Assembly: GCA_012799825.1 (NCBI GenBank)
Contig: JAAZKK010000016.1
Location: 12,009 to 76,008 of the forward strand
Source of the DNA: Clostridiaceae bacterium
Lineage (GTDB): Bacteria; Bacillota; Clostridia; Saccharofermentanales; DTU023
Direction of reading: 5' to 3'
Length of the DNA stretch: 64,000 nucleotides
Part shown: in pieces, positions 56,618-64,000 of the stretch
Position numbering within the stretch: the first letter of the stretch is position 1
Layout of the letters: the number at the start of each line of letters is the position of its first letter
Made by a program: the position numbers and the translations under genes
Notes under the pieces: model-generated
Told to the model about the DNA's origin: nothing
Seen by the model: only the letters and a program-made list of their open reading frames with translations
Databases searched by the model: none

Positions 56618-57988
56618 TCAATCACTCTCCGGAGGAGAATCCAGTTCGGTCGTCGTAGCAGGTGTCTCTGCTGAAGGAGTCGTGGTCGGGGCAGGGGTCG
56701 GACCTGTAGTGGCCGCTTCGCTACTGGTCGGAGTCGGAGACGGAGTAGTCTCCGAAGACAAAACAGGCGTCGTTGTGTCACCACTGCTTGTTGTTGCCGA
56801 AGATGTCGTAGCCTCCGATGACGTAGTAGGAGTCGTCGAAGTCGTTGTTTCTTTCCACTGCGCGTAAAGCGTCACATTCTGTGTGATCCGTAACCGTGAA
56901 CCGGGCACCATGAGCTGATCACTTTGGCCGGGCATCTGCTTCAGGCTCCAGCCGACAAACTCATGACCCTCCCAGACTAGAGAACCGGAACCCTTGAGTG
57001 TTGCTTCTGTGCCTGAAGTATAACTATCTGTGCTAGGAACCTGACCGGCGGCACCGTTTGCGTTTGCGTTGTAACTCAGTTTATACGTAGCAACATTTTT
57101 CATATACGGGCTTCTTGGATCTGTGTCCGTCGGATCCCATGTGGCATATTTGACGGGCGGAAGCCCTTCGGGAGTGGGGATGCTATGACCTTTACTCGAG
57201 CTAAAAATGTACACCGGCATACCACTGTACGAATTCTGATGAAGATACTTCGCATCACGCAAGCTTAAGCGAACGCAGCCAAGTGAAAGCGCACTTCTTC
57301 CGAGCATGTTGTACGCATGAGTCGTCTTTAACTTCGCTTTATCCAGTTTTCCATCACTTGTCAAATGATAGGGAACCGAATGGAAAAAGTATCCGCTATA
57401 AAACCGTGTCGGGTAGCGCACGTAGGATGCATCCCACTTCACATAATCGGCATTATCGCTATATCTTTTTCCATATGGATAGCTGATCGTAAAGTGTTGA
57501 TTTCCTTTCGTTGTAGGTGTAGGTGTACTGGCCTTCCCTGTCGAACAACGAAATGCTCTGGTGTAAATGCTGTTTGAGTGATACATGACGACAACTTGTC
57601 GATCGAGAAAGACAACAATATGGGTAAAACGACCCGACGGCGGGCCCGGTACATTCGGGATGAAAGGAGTCGTCGTTGTTGTAGTGGACTCCGTGGTTGT
57701 GGTGGACTCAGTAGAAGTAGTCGACTCTGTGGAGGTAGCGGACGTTGGAGATGTCGTAGGGTATGTCGCTTCTTGAGTGAGCATCGGCACGTTTGAACGA
57801 AAAAAAATATCTCTTAACGTAGTCGTCTCATCAGGAACTGCCGTCGTCTCCTGATTAATAACAGGAACAGTCGGAGACGCCTCACTCCACGAAGTGCCCA
57901 ACAAAGTTAGAAGTGTCGGTGAAATCAGCAGCACCGTCAAAACCATCAGCACAATCGTCGTTTTTTTGTTAGCAAACCAGTATTTCAT
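56618..57988 (-). CDS. membrane-anchored L,D-transpeptidase (YkuD) with Listeria-Bacteroides (Flg_new) repeat and Thr/Ser-rich tracts
   Basis: N-terminal TM. YkuD core FHSVPY...LSLGCVRLSLRDAKYL. Flg_new-like YNANANGAAG...GHEFVGWS...VTLYAQW. T/S/P-rich linker and tail. Confidence 0.75.
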   Translation of the reverse strand: MKYWFANKKTTIVLMVLTVLLISPTLLTLLGTSWSEASPTVPVINQETTAVPDETTTLRDIFFRSNVPMLTQEATYPTTSPTSATSTESTTSTESTTTTESTTTTTTPFIPNVPGPPSGRFTHIVVFLDRQVVVMYHSNSIYTRAFRCSTGKASTPTPTTKGNQHFTISYPYGKRYSDNADYVKWDASYVRYPTRFYSGYFFHSVPYHLTSDGKLDKAKLKTTHAYNMLGRSALSLGCVRLSLRDAKYLHQNSYSGMPVYIFSSSKGHSIPTPEGLPPVKYATWDPTDTDPRSPYMKNVATYKLSYNANANGAAGQVPSTDSYTSGTEATLKGSGSLVWEGHEFVGWSLKQMPGQSDQLMVPGSRLRITQNVTLYAQWKETTTSTTPTTSSEATTSSATTSSGDTTTPVLSSETTPSPTPTSSEAATTGPTPAPTTTPSAETPATTTELDSPPESD

Positions 57989-58188
57989 CGATATCTTTTT
58001 CCATTAAGTTCAAGCCATCGCCCTCGGAACAACCTGAGGATTTTGGCACCTAAAACCGCTATGTAAATTAAGCACGAATGCATTCTACCATACTGTTGTC
58101 ATAACCGTTCTAATATATTTAATAAAGGTGAACGATACTGTTCCTATTATTTTGCCAAGTCATATTCTAGCTTTCGCAGCACTTAGCA

Positions 58189-58232
58189 GAAAAACCCCTG
58201 ACACTCTACTGAAAGCATGTCAGGGGTTTTTT
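58189..58232 (-). terminator. bidirectional-looking stem-loop terminator between the two L,D-transpeptidase genes
   Basis: cccctgaca (58195-58203) pairs with tgtcagggg (58218-58226). It is flanked by an A-run upstream and a T-run downstream. Confidence 0.7.
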
Positions 58233-58346
58233 ATTGTTTCATATACTCACCGCGCCTCATCTTACGAAACTCGCAGCGAAACGACACACATTTGAGAACT
58301 GCTCATGTTAGACAAGAGAGGCGCTATTCAGGAATCGAAATCTCAT

Positions 58347-59657
58347 CTACGGTTCCGCCGGCGGATCTTCTGACGACGCAGTGGTCGTTGTAGCCGGAGG
58401 CGGCGCGGTGGTTGTGGTAGTCGGAGGTAGCGCCGTAGTCGTTGTGGTCGGCGGAGCCGATGTCGTTGTAGTCGGTTCAGACGGCGCAACAGGCGTTGTC
58501 TCCGATGGTTCCGTAGGCGTAGTCTCAGGCGGCGTTGTCGTAGGCACCGATGCACCCGGCTTCCATTGAGCATAAAACGTCATATTACTCGTGATCCTCA
58601 ACTGCTTTCCGGGTGCCAAAAGTTGCTCACCTTCACCGGGATTTTGTTTCAAGCTCCAACCGGCAAACTCATAACCCTCTCTCACCAAGGTGTCGGGAGG
58701 ATCCATAAGCTTGGCATATGCATCCGGGACGTAACGGTATTTATCAACAGGAACGGCTCCTGTGCCTCCGTTTGCGTTGTAAGTTATGCCAAATGATACA
58801 AAGTTTTTGTTCTTGTAGGGACCTTCTGGATCCGTCGGATCCCATCCGGCATATACGGCTGAGCCATATAGGGGCGGAAGCGGTGCCGCAGCTATAAGCT
58901 CATGTCCTTTACTAGAATCATATACATACACGGGCATGCCGACGTACGAATTGTCACTTAAGTACTTTGCGTCGCGCAGACTTAAGCGAACACAACCTTG
59001 AGATAACGCTTTTTTCCCAAGCTCACTGTACGCGTAAGCTTTCATTCTTCCCTTATCTAGTATGCCCGTTTCTGTCAACTCGTAGGGAATCGAATGGAAG
59101 AAATAATCACCATAGAATTGCGTTGGATAGCGCACGAAACAGGACCACCACTTCGATACTCTATATCGATCTCCAACTGTAAAATACTTAAGACCTTTAT
59201 CCTGCGGTTTAGGTGTTGGCATGCTGGACGTCCCCGTCGAACAAAAAAAGGCAACCGTCGGAATCGGTTCACCATCTTCTTCAGGAGTGTGATACATAAC
59301 AACAATCTGTCGATCAAGGAAAACAGCAATATGCGAGTAATATTTCTTCGGCACAATCGGCAAATTGTTATCGTCAAAAGTAATGGATACGGGCGTTGTG
59401 GTGGGCGGTGACGTAGGAGATGTCGTAGGTCGCGACTCTGTTTCGGTGATCATAGGCTCTTGCGTACGCAATTGAATTTGTCTTAACGTTGTTGTCACTT
59501 CAGAACCGGGCATCGTCACCGGATCTACGCCCGGAACACTCGGCAACGGCGAACGCCATGCCGAAACCAGCGTAAACAGAACGGTCAGAGAAACCATCAA
59601 TACCGCTACAGCCGTTAAAACGACCAATAATTTTCGCTCAGCAATCCATTGCTTCAT
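58347..59657 (-). CDS. membrane-anchored L,D-transpeptidase paralog with Flg_new repeat and Thr/Pro-rich tail
   Basis: Same architecture as 56618-57988: FHSIPY...LSQGCVRLSLRDAKYL, and YNANGGTGAVP...GYEFAGWS...MTFYAQW. Confidence 0.75.
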   Translation of the reverse strand: MKQWIAERKLLVVLTAVAVLMVSLTVLFTLVSAWRSPLPSVPGVDPVTMPGSEVTTTLRQIQLRTQEPMITETESRPTTSPTSPPTTTPVSITFDDNNLPIVPKKYYSHIAVFLDRQIVVMYHTPEEDGEPIPTVAFFCSTGTSSMPTPKPQDKGLKYFTVGDRYRVSKWWSCFVRYPTQFYGDYFFHSIPYELTETGILDKGRMKAYAYSELGKKALSQGCVRLSLRDAKYLSDNSYVGMPVYVYDSSKGHELIAAAPLPPLYGSAVYAGWDPTDPEGPYKNKNFVSFGITYNANGGTGAVPVDKYRYVPDAYAKLMDPPDTLVREGYEFAGWSLKQNPGEGEQLLAPGKQLRITSNMTFYAQWKPGASVPTTTPPETTPTEPSETTPVAPSEPTTTTSAPPTTTTTALPPTTTTTAPPPATTTTASSEDPPAEP

Positions 59658-59910
59658 CGGTATTTTACCCTCAGAACTTCAATTTTTCTTCCAAATATAA
59701 ACACAAGACCCAAGAATACCAATCTCATGCTAATCTATTCAAACACAAGTGCATTTTAGCACACTACCACGATAAAAAGAGATAAGTTGTGTTACAAATT
59801 TATGATATGATGTGAACGTTCTATCTAAAAGGAGCGTGTGTTACAGATCGCAAATGTAAGCGATTCTGAAGATTAAGGTAAAAGAGACGTTTACTTGCAA
59901 TCATTGCACG

Positions 59911-60981
59911 TTGACATGCCCCACAAACATGTGCGGCCTTCAGAGAGGTGATATTTTGGCTAGAGACAGAAAAGACGGTACTCTGGTACGCGATTCGCGC
60001 GACCCGATCGCCGGCATCATGCCTTACATAATGCGCGGACGCAATGAATCGTGCGTTTATTACCAAAAATCGTTCTGTGTCGAGAACATTCAACGCTACA
60101 TCCATGATCAGCGTAAAAAAGGGAATCGGATTACCGTTTTCCATATTATCTGTACGACGCTGCTTCATGTGTTCATAAGGCGCCCCAATCTTAATCGCTT
60201 TGTCATGGGACGGCATCTTTATCAGCATAAGAATTTCGACCTGCGTTACGTCGTTAAAACAAAATTGACAGACGAGGGTCTGGAGTCCATCGTGCGCGCG
60301 CGCCTAGACGGCGACGACAATCTTTTCTCCATTCGCGATCAAATGACGCAGCACATTGAAGAGATAAAATCAGCCGGTTTGCAGGAAGACGATAAATTCA
60401 TCGGGCTAGTCATGAAATTACCCCGCTGGACTAAACGCCTCGCCATCAGCATTGCGCGCTTCCTTGATTTTCACGGGATGATGCCTCAATCACTTGTTGA
60501 TTTGATCCCCCTCTACTCGTCGGTCTTCGTTTCACATATGGGCAGCATCGGCGGCGACGCGTTGTTCCACCATCTGTATGAATTTGGCAATACATCGGTT
60601 TTCTGTGTGATTGGCAAAATTTATCTGAAACCTTACCGCGATATCAGTACCAACGGTGTCATCTGGAAAAAAACGATCGATATGAATTTCACGATTGATG
60701 AGCGCATCTGCGACGGATATTATTTAATAAAAAGTCTGGAAATGTTCGATAGCTACATCTCCAATCCTTCGCTTTTGGAGCGTTCGCCGAACGAAATCAT
60801 TGCGGAAGAAAATCGCAAGAAACAGGAACGTGAACGCCGCATCCAAGAAAACAAAGATCGCGAAAAGACGAAAGCAAAGGCATCCGGCTACTCTGATCTG
60901 AACGAGTACTGGGAAAATATGCTTGATAACGCCGACGCAGAAAACGGCGACGGAGAAAGCGATCGTGACAAAGATTCCTGA
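59911..60981 (+). CDS. stand-alone 2-oxoacid dehydrogenase acyltransferase (E2) catalytic-domain-like protein
   Basis: C-terminal FTIDERICDGYYLIKSLEMFDSYISNP aligns with the E2 DHRxxDG...F...P motif, with E in place of H. No lipoyl domain. Lys/Glu/Asp-rich tail. Confidence 0.55.
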   Translation: MTCPTNMCGLQRGDILARDRKDGTLVRDSRDPIAGIMPYIMRGRNESCVYYQKSFCVENIQRYIHDQRKKGNRITVFHIICTTLLHVFIRRPNLNRFVMGRHLYQHKNFDLRYVVKTKLTDEGLESIVRARLDGDDNLFSIRDQMTQHIEEIKSAGLQEDDKFIGLVMKLPRWTKRLAISIARFLDFHGMMPQSLVDLIPLYSSVFVSHMGSIGGDALFHHLYEFGNTSVFCVIGKIYLKPYRDISTNGVIWKKTIDMNFTIDERICDGYYLIKSLEMFDSYISNPSLLERSPNEIIAEENRKKQERERRIQENKDREKTKAKASGYSDLNEYWENMLDNADAENGDGESDRDKDS

Positions 60982-61050
60982 TGCCTGATATGGGCAACGT
61001 TAACGTACCTAAAGGTCAGTACAATTTATTCTAACGGAAAACAATAATCA

Positions 61051-61542
61051 TCACTTTTCAGCTAGGCGGTCGTTCATCACTTTTTCAACGGCATTGATGA
61101 TGTTCTGATAGCCGGTGCAACGACACATATTACCAGACAGTTCTCGGCGAATTTCATCGCGCGTATAGCGTTTCCCAGTCGAAAGAAGCTTCCAAGAAGA
61201 CATGATAAAGCCCGGAGTGCAGAATCCGCACTGCACAGCCGCTTCATCGATGAAGGCTTGCTGAATATCAGAAATATTGCCGTCCTCATCCATCAATCCT
61301 TCAAGTGTGAGAACGTCCTTGCCATCCACCCACGCAGCAAGATAAATGCACGAATCATACGTTTCGCCGTCGATGATTACAGTACAGGCACCGCACTCAC
61401 CGACCTCACAGCCTTTTTTAACGGAAGTCATGCCAAATGTATCTCGAAGAACTTCCAGAAGAGAAAGGCGGACATCGACTGATGTCGTGACCGTCTTGCC
61501 GTTCAAGGTGAAAGTAATTTGTTTATAAGTTATGGGTTCCAT
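61051..61542 (-). CDS. [2Fe-2S]-binding small subunit of xanthine dehydrogenase family enzyme
   Basis: GCEVGECGACTV and CGFCTPG...CRCTGY motifs. The start was trimmed to MEPITYK. Confidence 0.9.
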   Translation of the reverse strand: MEPITYKQITFTLNGKTVTTSVDVRLSLLEVLRDTFGMTSVKKGCEVGECGACTVIIDGETYDSCIYLAAWVDGKDVLTLEGLMDEDGNISDIQQAFIDEAAVQCGFCTPGFIMSSWKLLSTGKRYTRDEIRRELSGNMCRCTGYQNIINAVEKVMNDRLAEK

Positions 61543-61634
61543 AAGCGTATTGCTCCTCTCCTCGTCATCACGCCGTCGCTTTTCCGGCATCATGAACTCT
61601 ATATATCAAGAAAGTATCTTTTTTGTCGAAGCTG

Positions 61635-62519
61635 TCACGAGATCACACCGCCCGCGCGCACAATCGATTCGCGAAGACACCGCCGCGCCATCTCCAGTTG
61701 AATCTGTATACGAAAATCGCGGCTTGCGCGCCAGCTGGTTCTCGGATTGATTCCGGATCGAATGTGTTCTGCAAACAGCTCTATCGTCTCTTCCGTCAGA
61801 GGTTTGCCCCGCATGGCTTCCTCTGCCTGAGTCATTCTGGTCGGCACAGGCCCGGAGACACCGAAAGCGACGCGCGCATTTTCAATCGCTTTCTTATCCG
61901 GAGTCAACTTGACGTTAACCGAACATCCGCTCGTCGCGATATCCATCGCGGCGCGTTTCGAGTATTTGATGTAACAGCCGGCGTAGTTTTTGTAGACTTC
62001 GGGGAGGATCAGGAGCGCTGTCATGATCTCATCTTTTTCGAGATTGACGCGACGAGCGCCTATGTAAAATTCGGTCAGGGGGACACGACGTTTCCCGTTC
62101 TGCCCGTAAAGCTCCGCTTCCGCGTCATGTGCGAGCAGTGTCGAAGCCGTATCAGCAGACGTCACACCGTTGCACACGTTGCCGCCGACGGTGCCTATAT
62201 TCCGAATTTGAGGACCGCCGACTTTGCCCGCCGCTTCAGCGAGCACGGGAATGTGTTCAAGGATGAGCGGATCCTCTGTCAGATGAGAAAAAGAAGTCAA
62301 GGCTCCGATGCGGAGCGTCCCGTCCGGATCGAGCGACACGCCGCGAAGATCATCCAAACCGTGTATGCTGATGAGTGAACACCCGGCAAGATCACCGCTT
62401 CGTATGCTGATCAAAATATCGGAGCCGCCGCTGATGATCACAGCTTCCGGATGCTCTACACGAAGACGCACAGCCTCTTCGACCGAATTCGCTTCATAAT
62501 AATGTTGAATATCGTACAT
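61635..62519 (-). CDS. FAD-binding subunit of xanthine dehydrogenase family enzyme (no extra Cys loop)
   Basis: 294 aa. IISGGSDI and IRNIGTVGGNVCNG motifs. Lacks the four-Cys insertion seen in 10092-11102. Confidence 0.85.
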   Translation of the reverse strand: MYDIQHYYEANSVEEAVRLRVEHPEAVIISGGSDILISIRSGDLAGCSLISIHGLDDLRGVSLDPDGTLRIGALTSFSHLTEDPLILEHIPVLAEAAGKVGGPQIRNIGTVGGNVCNGVTSADTASTLLAHDAEAELYGQNGKRRVPLTEFYIGARRVNLEKDEIMTALLILPEVYKNYAGCYIKYSKRAAMDIATSGCSVNVKLTPDKKAIENARVAFGVSGPVPTRMTQAEEAMRGKPLTEETIELFAEHIRSGINPRTSWRASRDFRIQIQLEMARRCLRESIVRAGGVIS

Positions 62520-62578
62520 TCTATTACCTCCGACACCGCTCGGGCGGTCTTCTGCGAGATATTACTAAACCTTATTCC

Positions 62579-64000
62579 TCACCCTAATTCGACCTCGATC
62601 AATCCGGCCTCCCGGAAAGATTCAAAAAGTTGATCCGGATTGATTGGGATATCATTGATGGCAACGCCAGTAGCATGCAAAATGGCATTACGAATAGCAG
62701 GCGCCGGCGAGCATGCAGGCGGCTCACCCAATGCTTTCGTTCCAAAGGGACTCGTCGGTTCGGGATTTTCGACAAAATCAGCAATGATATCAGGATGATC
62801 CATCGTTGTCGGCAGTTTGTAATCGAGCAGGTTGTCATTTAGCATCCGACCGGTCTTTTCATCGAACAACATTTTTTCATAGAGACCGAACCCGATGCCC
62901 ATGCTCATGCCGCCATGCACTTGCGCTTCCGCAAGCTGCGGGTTGATCAGGTTGCCGCAGTCGTGCACGTTCACGAGACCGAGCAACCGAACATGGCAAA
63001 GAGGAATATCAACTTCCACTTCAGCGAAAGATGCGCCGAAGGAATAGGCATTGCTATGCACGGAGTACGTGCTTTCTGCCGCGATATGTTCGCTGTGCTT
63101 CATGTCGTAAAGCGTTTCCGTTGACAATTTTTCAAGCGATATCAGCCGTCTCCCGTCTTCTTTTCGCACAATCCAACTGTCCTTGATATCGAGAATTTCG
63201 ACCGGCATTCGGGTCAAGCGGCGCGCGTGCTTTAGGATTTTCTCTTTAAAAATGCGACCCGTCTGAGCGATGGCAAACCCGCTGACGTACGTCTGACGCG
63301 ACGCATACGCGCCTGAGCCATAAGGCGTGACATCAGTATCCTGCGTAGACACGACATGAATGTCTTTGTAGGAGACACCGATGGCTTGCGCCGCCATTTG
63401 CGCAGCCGACGTATCCTGTCCCTGACCGATCTCCGTCTCTCCGAGCATGAGCTGGACGGTGCCGTCTTGGTTAAGCAGCATACGACACGACGACGTCTCG
63501 ATGCTGATCGGCCAGACGGCCGTGTTGTACCAGAATAACGCCATCCCGACACCGCGACGCACAGGTCCGGTTTGATTGACATAGAGCTTACGTTTGCGAT
63601 TAAAATCAAGCAATGCTTCCGCTTTGGTCATGCAATGATTAAAGCTGTCATCGTAAAGTTCGTTTTTAGAGAAAGGATCGACGTAGCCGACCGGCATGGA
63701 ATTTTTCCGCCTGAATTCAACAGGGTCCAAGTTGAGTTTCGTCACGATATCGTCGATATGACTTTCATTGTGGAACATCGACTGCGGTATACCGTATCCG
63801 CGCATTGCACCGGCCGATGGCTTGTTCGTGTAGACCGTCCAACAGTCGCATTCCACATTCGGACACGGGTACATCTGCGGAAATGCCCCCATTCCCTTTG
63901 CGACGACGCCGTGACCATGGGATGCATACCCTCCCTGATCGGACCAGACTTTCAGCTTGCGCGCGGCAAACGTTCCATCCGGACGTATCCAAGAGATGAT
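62579..64000 (-). CDS. molybdopterin-binding large subunit of xanthine dehydrogenase family enzyme, C-terminal part (continues off right edge)
   Basis: GAMRGYGIPQ and PFGTKALGEPP motifs. The frame stays open upstream of Met 63892 to position 64000 (…WSDQGGYASHGHGVVAKGMGAF…). Confidence 0.85.
   Translation of the reverse strand: MISWIRPDGTFAARKLKVWSDQGGYASHGHGVVAKGMGAFPQMYPCPNVECDCWTVYTNKPSAGAMRGYGIPQSMFHNESHIDDIVTKLNLDPVEFRRKNSMPVGYVDPFSKNELYDDSFNHCMTKAEALLDFNRKRKLYVNQTGPVRRGVGMALFWYNTAVWPISIETSSCRMLLNQDGTVQLMLGETEIGQGQDTSAAQMAAQAIGVSYKDIHVVSTQDTDVTPYGSGAYASRQTYVSGFAIAQTGRIFKEKILKHARRLTRMPVEILDIKDSWIVRKEDGRRLISLEKLSTETLYDMKHSEHIAAESTYSVHSNAYSFGASFAEVEVDIPLCHVRLLGLVNVHDCGNLINPQLAEAQVHGGMSMGIGFGLYEKMLFDEKTGRMLNDNLLDYKLPTTMDHPDIIADFVENPEPTSPFGTKALGEPPACSPAPAIRNAILHATGVAINDIPINPDQLFESFREAGLIEVELG

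Noticed and set aside
56604-58569. Val/Gly-rich plus-strand ORFs (56604-56867, 57585-57776, 58381-58569) and the Arg-rich minus-strand ORF 58343-58573
   Set aside because: They are reverse-complement or alternate-frame readings of the Thr/Ser/Pro-rich tracts of the two L,D-transpeptidase genes. This is a low-complexity artefact.
1-64000. tRNA, rRNA, tmRNA, riboswitches (for example TPP upstream of the NMT1/THI5-type transporter)
   Set aside because: I could not recognise cloverleaf-compatible or conserved riboswitch cores by eye in any intergenic region. Absence should be confirmed with tRNAscan-SE or Infernal.

Overview
The window looks like a Firmicutes/Clostridia-type chromosome segment, and almost every gene is on the minus strand. 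I saw no rRNA, tRNA or cas genes by eye.

Layout:
- 19-64 kb (about 53-58% GC on spot-counted 60-nt lines) is housekeeping plus envelope genes. It holds birA, an amidase, a biotin/Na+-decarboxylase operon headed by an mdcA-like gene, a MATE pump, sugar-nucleotide genes, rpmG-secE-nusG-rplKAJL, scpA-scpB::cmk-plsC-ispH::rpsA, an apbE cluster, two L,D-transpeptidase paralogs and a conventional XDH-type locus that runs off the right edge.
- 1-18.9 kb is accessory. It holds a 939-aa NACHT/STAND NTPase with a downstream partner gene that runs off the left edge, an IS5/IS1182-type transposase fragment, a frameshifted IS110 element, and an AT-richer catabolic locus (about 35-45% GC on spot counts) at 4970-18778.

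Most interesting candidate: the 4970-18778 locus.
- It encodes an xanthine-oxidase-family molybdoenzyme whose FAD subunit carries a four-Cys insertion at residues 122/138/146/155. This is the hallmark of the 4-hydroxybenzoyl-CoA-reductase class, which performs reductive dehydroxylation.
- A UbiD gene sits between the molybdoenzyme subunit genes. The locus also has UbiX, an LpdD-like chaperone, an ACMSD-family amidohydrolase, two transporters and a PucR regulator.
- It has no CoA ligase.

Second candidate: an MdcA-like malonate transferase fused operonically to a methylmalonyl-CoA-decarboxylase-type Na+ pump, without any ACP or holo-ACP genes.

Other oddities:
- two Wzz-like paralogs with a non-kinase cytoplasmic domain, flanking wecB-wecC;
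- scpB::cmk and ispH::rpsA gene fusions;
- CRISPR-like but degenerate 61-bp-period intergenic repeats;
- a 60-bp coding tandem repeat;
- an apbE 3' relic;
- an E2-like acyltransferase domain with DER in place of DHR.

All functional calls rest on motif and family recognition by eye. No database search was run.
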